A DNA stretch of 64,000 bases from Obrimoposthia wandeli (taxonomy: Eukaryota), in assembly GCA_977020255.1 (NCBI GenBank), contig CDROCS010000376.1:372001-436000 (forward strand), read 5' to 3'. The number at the start of each line of letters is the position of its first letter. Position 1 is the stretch's first letter. This document shows, piece after piece, positions 13,443 through 26,732 of the stretch. A program made the position numbers and the translations under genes. The notes below the pieces were generated by a model. The model was not told where the DNA came from, made no database searches, and was given only the letters and a program-made list of their open reading frames with translations.

Positions 13443-14929
13443 GGTGGTGCTGGAGCTAGAAGCCAGGCGGGCAATTATCGGAGTGCAGTCGTCCGTGAGA
13501 TGGGCAGCCCCAGAAGCGAGATTGTGCCTGCCTGGCTCTGCTCTCCAACATCACCACCACGCTCCACTGAATCCCGCAATTACGGTCGCTGTGGCGATCA
13601 GGTCTACCGACAATAATTACCGCTTCTGCTTCTGCTTTTGCTTCGTCTTCGTCTTCTCGGAGTCAATTATCCCGCGATGTTGGGGCGTGCAAATCGAATT
13701 AGTAGTTGCACCTTCCACGTCTATCTATACCACTCATTTTCTAATTATCGAGGGAGAGAGTGAGTGAGTTTGTATGTTTATGTGAGGCAATGTTTGGACA
13801 CTTTGAGAGGATGATACAGCGTGTGATTATAGGATTATATCTTTGCGGGTAAAATATATGTACTATACTATACAATGTCTGTAGTTAAACATTTTTATTG
13901 CAATTGGGGCTGCAAATGATTCTTCAAAATTAACAAAAAAGTTAAAGTATCAATTTGTGATTCAATCAACTAAAGATCGTCGTTGGCCACATGTTAAAGA
14001 AAGAATAAAAAATAAAAGCATTGTAAAGAAGTATTTAGTAAAGATAAAACCAGCATATAAGACTCAGACTGCAATAAATTTAAGAAATAACGGAACCAAA
14101 ATTTTTTGAACATGCGCTTCCAGCAGAGGGAGAAATAAGAATCCCAATCTAACGAATTGTACGAAGATGGCATATTTAAGTATTATTTGTGTGGAGCTGT
14201 TAGTTTTATGCGCCTAAAATATATGTTTCCTATATGTAATCGAAAAGAGCAAAATGAACATTCTGTAGCTAAGACATTTCACAGTATATTTAATTGTTTG
14301 CATATATTTATTTCAACCCTTTAAAACATTTTGAAATGTCCCGAAAAATCCTTGCTGAAAATTATAATGGTTGGGTATCTAAAATGACAATTAGTTTTTA
14401 TAATAGGAATACTCAGTTTTCTTTTTATAAACCTTAATGCCCAAATGATCAATTAATAATAAAAAAACAAATGTAATTCAAAAGTATCAAAAAGGAAAAC
14501 GAAATTCATACTCTAATTGAACTTGAAACATATTTCAAGGAATTGCAAATCAAATTTTTTTTAAAAATTAAATAAATTAATATAAGAAATTAAATATAGA
14601 AAATCATCATTGCTGAATGACGCTAAATGATAAAAATGAAAGGTATATATTGGATTTTTTACTATTAAAAGTTATTTGTTTAACACAAGAAATACTAAAC
14701 GATCAAAAATATTCAACGGAAAAAATTGAGAATTGTTCTTTATTTATTTTACTTCAAATTAAGAAAATTTCAAAATAATATACTTCATTCTTAAAGATAG
14801 ATTATTATTTACCTATAATTATCAAATCAGTCAAAAAGGACTGTTGTATTATTTTCACATTCTTATATTAAAAAATTAAATCATTTTGTTTATATATATT
14901 CAAAAATCACAATTATTTCAAAATGGTCG

Positions 14930-15830
14930 ACAATAACATTAAAATTATGTTATCAAGTCTCAGTGACGTACAGGAAGATTAGTCAATGGATGAAGATGTA
15001 TATGCTGAAAATGAACAAAATTGTGATATCATCGTAATTTCTAGCAACGATGAATATGAAAATAGTGATAATGCGGATATAATTCATCAAACTCCGGTGA
15101 GGTAGGTATCAAAATCTGGAGTTGAATGGACACAAAACAGGCGAAGTACAATCCGGTCAAGATTCCGAAATAAATGCTCTAAGGCTAAACCAGGTCCAAC
15201 AATATTTGCTAGTCATTGAACGAAAAGCACTCTTAGTGCTCTCTAATTTACTCGTTTAGAATTGTTTACTGGCCTCCAATTGGCAAGAGGTATTCTGATA
15301 GCTAAAACCACATTTTTATCTGCCAGGAATACAAATTTGGGTCATCCAATATTTGTAACTATGGCTATAAATAAATGTATTTCTATTATGAATCATATTA
15401 GATTTGACAGAAACTTGGAATTCCTTCGTTTACAATTGTCAGGTGTTATGTTCTCAATTTTAACATGAGAATTGAAAATAACCGTGGGATAATATAATCA
15501 AACCAATGCTGCAGTGAATATTTTCATTCAAAAGACTAGATATTACACGATTGAAACAGAATCTCGAAGAGTATTTTGATATCCTTGATAGGCTGTTATA
15601 AATGCATGGGCAATTTATTGAGAACTGGTGTCATAATCGATATCACACCGAGAATTGTGACATAATTATGTCCTTTTGAAGATACTGTTTATCCAGAAAC
15701 TACTTTATCTGAATAAAATTCAATTGAGACAGAAATAACTGTTCCAATAAATCAAAATTTAGATGTAGTTTGTGTGCTAAGCTTTGTTTTGCTCAATAAA
15801 TTGTATGTAAAAATTTGTTGTGAAATGTAA
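14930..15830 (+). mobile_element. piggyBac transposase remnant
   Basis: Acidic N-terminal fragment, then LGHPIFVTMAINKCISIMNHIRFD (cf. piggyBac IF..TMS..RF..I...LRFDD), then a C-terminal Cys-rich RCSLCAK..VC fragment. Many stops. Confidence 0.6.
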
Positions 15831-17719
15831 TATATATTAATGAAACATTTATACTCGTTTCTTTTTGTTTTAATTAACAAATTTATGTATTAATAGTTAT
15901 CAGTCAATTTTAACTGATGCGCTAATTAAAGTCATTTAAATTTCTTGGTATTTCTAGTGTTGATTAATTGATATTAGTTTCTCTGAAATTGTCGGTTAAA
16001 TGCCAACGCAATTTGTACTATTCCTACTTTTGAGTAAAAATCTGATTTATTTGGCAAATTTAAGAGGCTATAAACGTGAAGATACAGAATAGTGAGCTAA
16101 GATTCAACGATACAATGTTGGACAGCCTGTGATGTAAATTATTTCTTTATTGTCAAAATTTCATATTTGTTGGGCTTCTATTTTGTTAAATTTAGTAGCA
16201 TTTAATCTTATTCGTTTTAGTTTCTTTTATCAATACAAATATCCCACTATAGTGTATTCTAGAATAGAATATACAGAAATATTTATTCGAACTCCTTTTC
16301 AAAGCGAATATTAAAATACATTTTGATAAAAATTCTAAATTGTAACATCATTTTGTAACCAACTTCGAATCATTTGAGTCTGGCTTAAAACATTTTAATG
16401 TTAATTTACATTAAAAATAATTAATCAAATTTAAATGTTGTCTAAAATATTGAGTTATGATTTTACAGAAAAACGTATAGGGGGCCCTATATATTTAGAA
16501 ATAAAATGCATAACTTAATTGAGGATTACGGAGTTTATATATTCATTATCACCATTATCATCACCGTCATTTTATTCATCCTAATTCAATTATTGCGAAT
16601 TGAATGGAGATTAAAATTTTATCAGAAAAAGAGCCGCTTCCTCAACTTTCCCCACTACTTTCTAGCAGATTTTGACGATATTTCTCTCGAAATAAGTGAC
16701 AGTCGCCTCAGCATAGTCTAATCAATCTCCCAATTGCTTAACTGTCGCTCCCCATATGCTCAGTTGTTTAGGAGTTTGGTTTAGATATGGCTTTAAGCGT
16801 AAATATGTTTATTATGAAATAATCGACATGGAATAAAAGTACCTTGGATTTCAACAGCTACATAATAATATTCTCTAATTTCCAAATCCAATATCTAAAC
16901 AGACAGCAATATTGTCTAACAATGACCAAATTACGAATCAAATTCAAATATTCATATTTCACAATAAATCAATAAATGCCTCATTATCTAAGAATAGTAA
17001 TAATTAATTATCAAATTACTTCATCTGTCTACAATAGACATCATTAAATGATAGAATAATTATTTTATCGAAAATAGAGATGTTTTGCTATTTACGGGCA
17101 CGATTCCGATATAAAATTGCGAACAGAAAATGGAAATGAATGTTATACGTTCGTCTTTCAGACATTTTCGCGAAAATAATTTTAAGCTTGCGTTGCAGAA
17201 ATTTTCAACAATACTTGACATTTTGTTTGTCAGGTTTTATTTTTTAGAAGCCACTCCATAAAGTCCCGATTTAACACATTTGTTTTATCTTATTCCATGT
17301 ACAAAACAATCAAGAAATTGCATTTTTGTAAAATTTGAAGTATCAAAAGATTTGCAAAATAATTGTATACGCATTTGGGAATATCGAAACTGAACACGCT
17401 TACTTCCGGCTATTAATTTTATATTCATAACTTAACCGATGGGAGCTCATTTGAAAAACACATTATTTAATTGTGCATGGTCTAAACGTTTTAAATGGAA
17501 TTAAAATTATTTTTTCTTCTGTCGTTTTTATAAACCAAAATGTTTACAAATAATGTACGATTTTTTAAACGTGAATTGTTTTGTAAAAGTATAATTGCCT
17601 CAGCGTTCTCTAACTTTAAAGACATGTGCTTTTCCAATTATACGTGATTGAAGCCACTAAACAGACGGGGAGGGGATTTGTAAGTAACGGATGTTAATTA
17701 AAAATTTACACAAATTTTA

Positions 17720-18800
17720 AAAATGTAGAAGAGAACTCTTAAATTTTAGATTAAGTGTTTTAAACCCAATATAGCAATATTTAATATCTTCCAACAGAAT
17801 AAAACTAATATGATCAGGTTTTCTCCGAATGGCACTGCGAGACTGATGTAGAGCTGTGAAGTGTATGTGCTTTGGGCAGTATGATATACACCATTTCAAT
17901 TGGTTTACATTCAAAATTACTCAATTATTTGTATACACTTCCTGATCAAGCTGTTCAAAGAGATCTTCTATTGGGTGACATTGAGGAAGGTAGTTCTGAT
18001 TAAAGACTTAAGGTCTTTTCATATGTGAGTAATTAGACAGTTGAGTTAGCGTGATGCGATCTTTTCCTTGTTAGACCAAAAAAGATAAAATCCAGGCTGA
18101 GGATTAGAATGAAGAAATGACAAGAGATGTTTCTTAAGACATTTTTCAATTTAAAGTTTCTTCTTTATCACCAAACTACCGAGAACAATATAGGGTTTAG
18201 ATATACCTTTGTGCAATATAGCCATGCAGAGTTAAATTTTAGGTTGAACATTTTCCTTAGTTAGAAATTGCTCTGCTTTTGAATCATCTACATAGAGTTA
18301 GGTAATATCTATATATGATAACCGGATAAATATAAATACTTTTCACCAGAGTGTATGAAGTCCTCACCTTGAGATATTTTGTAATGCTTGAATCACGTAT
18401 GCTTGTCATTGTGTTGGGGATTCTATTTGAAGTGCATTGATTCAGATAGATCCTCTTATGGAGGCCTCAACGTGAGTTCTGTAGCAATAGGGCTTACAGA
18501 TGGACGCTGCCTATCTTGGGTTTGTCTTACTTAATTTCGTCTCAAATCTGAAGGTTTTTTACTATTGTGTTTCGAGGTGTGTAAAGAGTTGTGTTCACAA
18601 ATATAACTGGTGTGGTTCCCATTGATGTAGTGTGATGTGTAATGTGATTGATAGTGCTCTACAGCTATATGTGGGTACCGGAAATTGTTCTAGTCAACTG
18701 TAGGAAATAACTATATTATTACACCCACTAAAAATGTTTTAACAATTTGACAAGTAGGTCGTCTAACAACAATTATTTCAAACACACCGTAAAAAAGAGG
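17720..18800 (-). mobile_element. Possible Penelope-like retroelement remnant
   Basis: On the - strand, in the expected order: SVSPIATEL (cf. SPLSPIxAxL), LYVDD, then YCYIGFKTLNL (GIY-YIG-like). Very degraded. Confidence 0.35.
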
Positions 18801-19034
18801 TGACCTTCTAATAGTTTACGCTTCAACAATCTTCCTAGTAACTTAAAGATTATGTGGTTCGATCTCCGGTTTACAAGTCTTCACTAATATAATTCAAATT
18901 TACTTTATATAAACCTTATGGACTTCAATACAACAATTAAGATAAATTCAATTTCAATATAAACTTTTTAAATTTCAATACAATGATTAAGATAAATTCA
19001 ATTGCAATACAACTTGACAAACTTCAATATAACG

Positions 19035-19142
19035 ATTTAGATAATTTCACTTCACAATTTAAGATAATTCACTTCACAATTTAAGATAATTCACTTTACA
19101 ATTTAAGATAATTCACTTCACAATCTAAGATAATTCACTTCT
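19035..19142. repeat. 22-bp minisatellite (~4.5 copies, more degenerate copies upstream)
   Basis: aagataattcacttcacaattt at 19061, 19083, 19105 and 19127. Confidence 0.9.
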
Positions 19143-21379
19143 TACCAAAATCCGTTCGATCCGTTCCGATGTGATCTCTTCCGTCCAGTTTCGATGCGAT
19201 CCGATCCGAGCTGTCCCGAATTGTTCAATTCCTTTTGCTTGGAGTCCAATTAATTCTGCCTCTCCCTTTTAATCTTACTTTTCTCTATTTCAATTTTCTG
19301 GTCAAATCCGCCTGTGTATAAATTTCTGCCTCTTAAGTGGCTGCTTCGTCTTATATAGAAAATTTCCGGCTTCTTACTTCTCTGTTCTGCGAATGAAAAT
19401 TAGAGTTAGAAATCACTTAGCAAGTGCACTTACCTTTGTTGCTCCAAGTGTCGACGGCTGGAGTTTCTCTCGAGTCGATTAATTCCGTGTCTGATGATTC
19501 TCGACTAAGTAATAGCAGCTGGGTTTTTTCTCATTCGTTATTAATTGATTTCTTCAAAATTTTGATATTATCGTTTTCTTGGACTAGTTAATCAAAACCA
19601 TTCCCCTACATACTTGCACACTCCACATGACCTCTTCAAGGTCCTAAATTATTTCATATTTATTCCCTAATTTTAACAATTTCTAATTTTTTAATTATAT
19701 AATTTTTATTTCGACCTTTGATTTTAAGGTTAGAATTTTAGTATATGATTATCATTATTTAGTTTGTTTTTCAGTTTCATAATCTTAACAATTGTATCAA
19801 TGAGCATTAATTTTCTTCTTATATTATAACATTGCCTTTGCCTTAATTGTTTAACTAAATCTCTTGGCCACATTCCTCACACGTGGCTAATTTTCAGGCA
19901 TCATTGTTTTCTTCAACCATTTGACTTTCACTGATGTCATAATGAAAGCCTTACATTTTTCAATTGTTCCCTGAATTTGGTAAAGTGTCCTTCTTAATAC
20001 TCCTTAAATAATACTGTACAACTATGTTGCGAATTCGTATTTGTATCAGCCAATTTACAGAAATGAATGCAAAAAACTGATGTGATGTAAATAATGTGAT
20101 CTCTACTCTTATATTTAATTTTGTTTGAATGAAACCAAAATGGACCGAACGCATATTTCGCATGGTTTTTCCTCCTACCAAGATATATTTAACTCAGCGT
20201 CAGAATATATATTTCATGGGAGGAGCTTCAATTTATACTCTGAAGCAACGCCCCAAGCTTAGGTTTTCTTCTGTAAGCTCGATGTGTGTGACGTTGTCAT
20301 GAGCTCTCTTTTTCGATATGTTACCGTTTTCAAAACTCTGGCTCAAGAAAGAAAAATTACATCTAAATCTTAAAATATGTGGACACTCATAGAAGTATTC
20401 GACAAGATTTGGCACTAGTGACTTTTGAAAATGTATTCTGGATATATTTAATGCCAAAGTAGTTACGGAAGGTCTCATATCAAACCACCTTGGAAAAAGG
20501 TCAGATATAATTATGAAAACATTACAATGAATTGTCAAATCAATATCAAAATGATTTTACAAATAAGACAATACTGAGATAACTACAATGCTAACGCATG
20601 CAACTATGACGCCGGGACCTGATTTTCAAAATGCTTTATTGCTTAATATTTCACCTTAATCAGCTTAATTGACTTCAAAAATTTAAAGAAAGCCTTTGAA
20701 ATTATATCCAAATTAAAAAAGTGATAGTACAAGTGAATATTTAATGAAGCTCATTGCCTGACGATTGGTTAAGAAATTCCTAAATAAAAACCAGAGTGAT
20801 GTCATATATACAACAATTTACCGATGAATATAAGAAACCATAACAATTTTAAAGGCTTTACTATTCAGACATTATTACAAAGATTTATTAGATATTAGCG
20901 CTATATTAAATATTTTTGCTGTTATATAGTGCTGTTTTTTCCAATTACATATTACATATCCTTTAAGTCTGTGGATGCCTTTTCCTCAATAGAAAAATGT
21001 AAACACATGAATCAACATGTCTTATTATGACAGGTAGCATACTCGCCGTTAGAAATGCCAGATTGTTGTGACTTAATTTCAAATAGAATTGTTAATAAAA
21101 TCAAATTAAAATAAAGTTAATTATATAAAAATAAAATTGAATAAATAGTGGTAGAAAGGATGATGTGCTAATTGATGGTAATAGTAATTCCTAAAAAAAT
21201 GTAAAATAATGTAAATTAAAAAACTAATTTATGATAATGCTTAATATGCATTATGTTATCGATTAATATCGATGCAGGAATAAGGAGAAGCCCATTGCTA
21301 ATTTAATTGGCTGAAAATCAAATAAGAAGCCAGTTTAAATTTTCAATCGAACACATAATCGAAAACCTATTCAATACAA

Positions 21380-21535
21380 AAAATCCAATTCAACAATATT
21401 CCACAATACAACTAGATAATTCTCAATTAGATTTGCATTCTCCTGTCCTGATCAAAATCCAATTCAACAATATTCCACAATACAACCAGACAATTCTCAA
21501 TTAGATTTACATTCTCCTGTCCTGATAAAAACCAA
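21380..21535. repeat. 74-bp tandem duplication
   Basis: aaatccaattcaacaatattccacaatacaa...cattctcctgtcctgat at 21381 and 21455. Confidence 0.9.
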
Positions 21536-22419
21536 ATTATAATGTTAATTCTTATTATTCTCTACCAATATCCCACAATACAGATATAACATTTTAAATG
21601 ATTGTAACATCAAGAAGTCTGAGTTCCTTCTTATATTGACAGTTAGCTGCAACTAGCAATATTTACATTCAGCTATAAGCTGGCCACAGATTTTGTTAAA
21701 TTATCTTAGAAAGTGCTTCATACACATATAAAATATGTGTAACAAACAACCGTAATTTTGGTATGGAGTGCGGAGTAGTTAAATTTCTAACCTGAATTTG
21801 TAATGAAAGAATCTGTATTTAATAATTTGTTTTCCATAATTTTTATATTTGCAATTAAGAAACTCACAGTTAAAATATTAACTTTGCTGATTAAATCAAG
21901 ATGACCGAAGTGATACGAGAAGTAACTGTAATTCATATACTATACATTTATTACTACTGAAGTCGGATTCTGCGATTGCACAAACACAGATCCGTCTGCA
22001 GAAAAACTGCGCACTGGCTGTCCGGTCAGAGTAAACACATCCCACATTAATGATTATTCAACTAATGGATATAGAGTTTGCTTGAAAAAGCGTAATTGAA
22101 ACCAAATGGCGTTGTAGTCTGACTAAAATAAATGGGAAAGTGTTAATTGCATTTTTACACTTTCAAAGTGGTTTAATAATTGCTATAATTTCCAGAAGTA
22201 TCTTTAGAAGGAAATAAGTTTAAGGCTGATATAGGTACAGTGTGTTAGATTAAAAAAAGGAAGAAATCGTATTTCAATTTAAATAATGTAGCAAATGATC
22301 ATATTTATTAATAAAATTACCCTCTTCGCGTGTGTGTCTCACTAGGGAACCCTTATTTTCATGTATAAGACGTTTCATCGCCGTCTTCAAGTCCTACGAC
22401 TGATATAATTCTTGATGTG

Positions 22420-23030
22420 ATAGATTTTGGTACTGATCTGGGAAACATGTACCAGCGTCACCATCATTGGGTTCTTGAAGTACTCTTCTCTTTGAGGGTC
22501 TACATTTTCTTTTTATATTAAACTTGTCTTGAAATGTTTTTCAGCTTGTGACAGAACGATTCCAAGTATCAATTGGAGCAGTTTGTTATTTGACATCAGT
22601 ACATTCAACTTAGGACAGAGAAGTTTAAAATTAAAATCTCTTGAACCAATGACTATTCAACGTTAAAATGTTCCAACGGAATAAAGGTACACTGTCTCAA
22701 GATGATAGAGCAAATTTCCTCTGTCCGGAAAGCAGCAGTTATCGCCCTATTGACCAAACCCCTTGACTTTGGTAGACATGTAACAATTAACATATGTTTT
22801 TCTTCTTTATCTCTAGAGGATCATTTGAAAAGAAACAATACAGCAGTTGTTGGCTAGATTCTAAATAATAAGAACACAGACTACAGACGGAGAGGGGATA
22901 TCGTTGTATTCAAAGATGAGTGCAAATCAATCTGTGTCATTGTGGGATAATCCCCGTGCTGTTAATAAACATTCTATATTGAATAAAAATATTGTGTCGA
23001 CGCTGTGGGCAAAATAGTTAGGCTAGTCAT
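22420..23030 (+). mobile_element. Possible LTR-retrotransposon integrase C-terminal remnant
   Basis: Fragments GTDL, YRP..TP and GDIVVFKDE..VIVG are reminiscent of gypsy integrase/GPY-F regions. No intact frame. Confidence 0.3.
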
Positions 23031-23501
23031 TGTTTTCTGCCATTTGATAGGTTTTCCCTAAACGAAATGATCTGCAATCTGACATGTTTGTGCATCTTTG
23101 GGCAAAGTCAAGTTCCCAGTTGTCCCCAAATTAGACTTACCATGGATATGTTGGGGAAATCTAAAAGTGATGATGATTGATCACTTTGATCACCCCAAAA
23201 TCTGACAATCGAAAATGATACGTTGACTGAGGGATAAAAAGAATTGACCAACGACTACAACTTGTTGTCTTTGTAGAAGCCACAGTGGCAAAGAGTATAT
23301 CGTTACTACTTGCAATGAATGCTGTCATGAATTTTCATTATAGTTTATTTTATATATGTATAATTCTGCAGTTGGGTGCTATTTTACCACAAAAACTTTG
23401 TACGTTAATAATTAAATAGTGCAATTATAGATTACAGCACAAAAAAAACTTCAATATCAACCGATAGACATTGACTAAATGTGGATATGAATGTAAATTA
23501 T

Positions 23502-23595
23502 AGTAGGTGGATGTGTCCGGTCTAATCCACACCCCCTCCCCCTACTGTCCTTTAAAACCGTGCATGTGTGTGGAGTGAAATTTCGTGTAGGTGTG
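23502..23595 (+). repeat. Left terminal inverted repeat
   Basis: agtaggtggatgtgtccggtctaatccacaccccctccccc..gtcctttaaaaccgtgcatgtgtgtggagtgaaatttcgtgtaggtgtg. Its reverse complement is found at 40731-40807 and 54755-54848. Confidence 0.95.
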
Positions 23596-23879
23596 TAGAA
23601 AAATTTTCTACCCCCCCTCCCAAACACTCAAAAAAATAATTAACTCCATATAACACCCTGTAAATTTAAAAATCTCATAATGCTCCCAAAATTTTGATTA
23701 AGGTCCTGAGAGGCCAAAAAATTTTCCTTATAAAAATTTATATCCATACATATATACAAGGTCATAAAAAAAAATTTCTTTATAAGAATTTATAGGGTCG
23801 CAAAAATTTTTAAATAATCAACTACATAAATTCGAAATAATTTTCATTTTTATTTGATGAGTCATCAAATTAGTCATCA

Positions 23880-24075
23880 TGACCTCATGATGACCTAGAC
23901 AACTTTGTACCCTTGACCTCATGATGACCTTGACCTCATGATGACCTTGACCTCATGATGACCTCGAAAACTTTGTACCCTTGACCTAATGATGACCTTG
24001 ACCTCATAAGGTCATGACCTTAACTTGACCTCATGATGATGATGACCTCATAAGGTCATGACCTTAACTTGACCT
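23880..24075. repeat. Subterminal array of TGACCT/AGGTCA hexamers
   Basis: 16 TGACCT (23880, 23891, 23914, 23925, 23931, 23942, 23948, 23959, 23982, 23993, 23999, 24015, 24026, 24043, 24059, 24070) and 2 AGGTCA (24009, 24053), counted by eye. Confidence 0.9.
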
Positions 24076-24274
24076 GAAATGAGTTCATGAATTTTTTATA
24101 CCATCCAAACATGTACAGTCAAAAAATATTACTATTTTAAATCCAAAGACATACATGTATTCAAACATCAACAAAATTTAAGAAAATACCATAAATTCTT
24201 TGAATAATACGTTTTCATTGGACGTTAAACTTATACAACAAAATCTTAAGAAAATCTTAAGAAAATAGTTTTAT

Positions 24275-24564
24275 TTTCGAATAAAATATGTTTTATCCAA
24301 TGACATTCCAGCATTCAAACATAGTTAAAAAATTGAGAAAAGCCTACTGATTTTCAAATAAATTATTTGAATAACTCGCTCTCATTGGACGACAAAAGTT
24401 TAGTGATATACTTTCGAATAAAATATGTTTTATCCAATGACATTCCAACATTCAAACATAGTTAAAAAAATTGAGAAAAGCCTACTGATTTTCAAATAAA
24501 TTATTTGAATAACCCACTCTCATTGGACGATAAAAGAGGGTTAGTCTATTATTTTTGTATATAA
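24275..24564 (+). promoter_or_regulatory. 137-bp tandem duplication with CCAAT/ATTGG boxes and TATA upstream of gene A
   Basis: Units start at 24275 and 24412, with a third diverged unit upstream. CCAAT at 24297 and 24434, ATTGG at 24217, 24384 and 24522, TATATAA at 24558, ATG at 24621. Confidence 0.65.
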
Positions 24565-24620
24565 GGAAACCTCTTTTCAATATTTTTCATAAATCAAATA
24601 TCATCAATCAAGAAGCAAGA

Positions 24621-26732
24621 ATGTCAAATTTCAATAACGTCGATTTGGATGAAGAGACGGAGGTTCAGCTGTATGGGGATCTCTCTCCAGTACAGCAGCA
24701 AACGCCACCACCGGCGCAGTACATTGACTTACTTAGTCAAGACTCGTCGGTGGTGAGTGAAGGAGACGAAGGAGAAGCAGCAGCAAAAGCCCAACTGTTG
24801 CTAGAAGAAGAACCGCCATTGGCCAGCTCAACTCCAAGAGAACAACCAATGAGCGTGCGAGGTGGGGTACAGAGATCCCAATATATCGATCTGACTAGTC
24901 AGGATTCGATAGAGAATTGGGAAGACTGTACTCCCAGGCTGAACATAGAAGCCAATCGTCCGGCAACTTCAGCAGTAGCAGCAAGGAGATCCAATCTCTT
25001 CGACAATTTTGAGGCGGCAATCAAATGCCCCTGGAAATTGATCCCGCTGTCTCAACCGGAGATAATACTGGCACCAGACTCAGACGAGGAGTTGTTTACT
25101 GATGACGTTCCGTCGGATGGGGAGGAGGAGTGGATACAGCTAAGTATCGGAGCCCCGGGAGCCAACGAGTCCATGGTTGCAGAAATGGATGAAGAAGAGT
25201 GGGATCTGTTCACTGACGAATGGGATGGTCTCACTCCCTCTACAACTCCGACTCCGATACCCAACAATACAGTGCCTGATCCATTCAGAAGGCCACAATC
25301 TCCGATACGTCCTGTTAGGAGAATAAAGGCAACGAATGAGGTTAGAAATCATTTATTTAAAATGTTTTTTAATTTTATTTTCAGAAACTGCAACTTGATT
25401 TGGCACCGTCAGTGACCACGATTGAGAGGCTAATTGAACGTCAATACTTGGCGAGTCAATGTAGCCAGGATGATCCCAGGAGTGATCAGAGATACCTACC
25501 GACTCCGGCTAAAATTGAGGTATATTATTATAAATTAGTAAATTTATTTAATTATTCACTTAGGAAGCTGAGTTGGTGGAGGAAATTTGGGAGGAAGCAT
25601 CTCGGAGACTACCTGTCGATAGGAAGCAAGCGGCAGTTAAGAAACCTCGACGTCATCGAATCAAAACTAATACGGTCCATCGGAAGAAGGCCAAGTTGGT
25701 GAAACAGGCTAATCTGCCCGTCATCGAGGTAAATTATTTATATGTTTAAATTTTATGAATTTTTTTGTTGTTGCAGGGACCAATAATATTAACTGAGGAG
25801 ACATGGGCCAAAATTTCTCCTTTCCCGCAAAAGCGAACGAGGCAGTGTGCTGTACGGAAGACACGGCGTCTTAGAAAGGCAAAATCCTGTCTGCTCAATT
25901 CGAGTGAAGTAACGATTGAGCGGCAGGAAAATCTTCCGTATAAGATTATTGAGGTAATTTTTTGTTATTTTAAATATTTTTCTAATTAAATAAAATTTAT
26001 TTGAAAATTTATTTTTGTTTTCATTTGCAGGAACCTGTCCGGATAATTGAGGAGACTTGGGGAGAAGTTACTCCTTTCCCTAAGAAAAGGACAAAGCGGG
26101 CAGAGGTGAAGAAGACGAGGCGCGCGAGAAAAATTCGGACCTCAATTGGCCATTATTCTGAGGCGGTGATTGGCCAGCAGGAGATTCTCCCTCCTCCAAT
26201 GGACGACGGGCCTATCCTATATGAGAGGATCCCAGTCTCACCAATCGAGATAAGTCCGCACTCGAGTCAACAACGCCTGCAGGAGACTGCTTTTCCTCGT
26301 CCAACAACCAGCCAAAACTTGAAGAGGGCCTGGGATGACGCTGGTTTGGACGAATTCTTGGCGGAACTGGATACACCGGCAATGCTTCCAGATTCGCGTG
26401 GGCAACAGGATGCCGTCTCACGCCAGCTTCAGCGTGAGAAGGAGGAGAAACAGAAGAAAGCTCCGCGGAAGAGGAAGGCTACTGCTTCTATGTCGGGGCC
26501 ATCAACATCGGCTGCACCTCCTCCCAAAAAGTTGCGGCAACTATTGCCAAAACCCGAGGGAAGGACAATTGCTGTACAGCAACCGGTGAAGCCGAAAAAG
26601 AAACCGGGCCGACCAAAGAAGAAGGAACCAGTACCACTTTCTCCTATCAAAATAAGTCGGAGGGAATACGACCCGGATGATCCCAATGATGACTTCGTAA
26701 AAATGTTCAAAAATATAATTTATAAACATTAG
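24621..26732 (+). CDS. Polinton accessory gene A: ~632-aa, 5-exon low-complexity nuclear protein (SIM-like motifs, three exon-encoded repeats, NLS, AT-hook)
   Basis: Exons 24621-25340, 25385-25519, 25564-25728, 25777-25953 and 26031-26732, separated by AT-rich GT-AG phase-0 introns of 44, 44, 48 and 77 nt. Splicing joins three ORF-track fragments plus a frame-shifted exon (25564-25728) into one open frame. The 3' end could have one more intron near 26698. Confidence 0.8.

Noticed and set aside
13076-13767. ORFs of 107-159 aa around the first gap, and similar ORFs at 53706-54218
   Set aside because: They run through N gaps or low-complexity GC-rich flanks, so their lengths are artefacts. The GC-rich stretch 13443-13700 could not be assigned.
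25052-26729. Several antisense or alternative-frame ORFs (25052-25267, 25140-25352, 26212-26421, 26335-26589, 26429-26710, 26541-26729)
   Set aside because: Shadow ORFs of the GC-richer, low-complexity exons of gene A, with no independent motifs.
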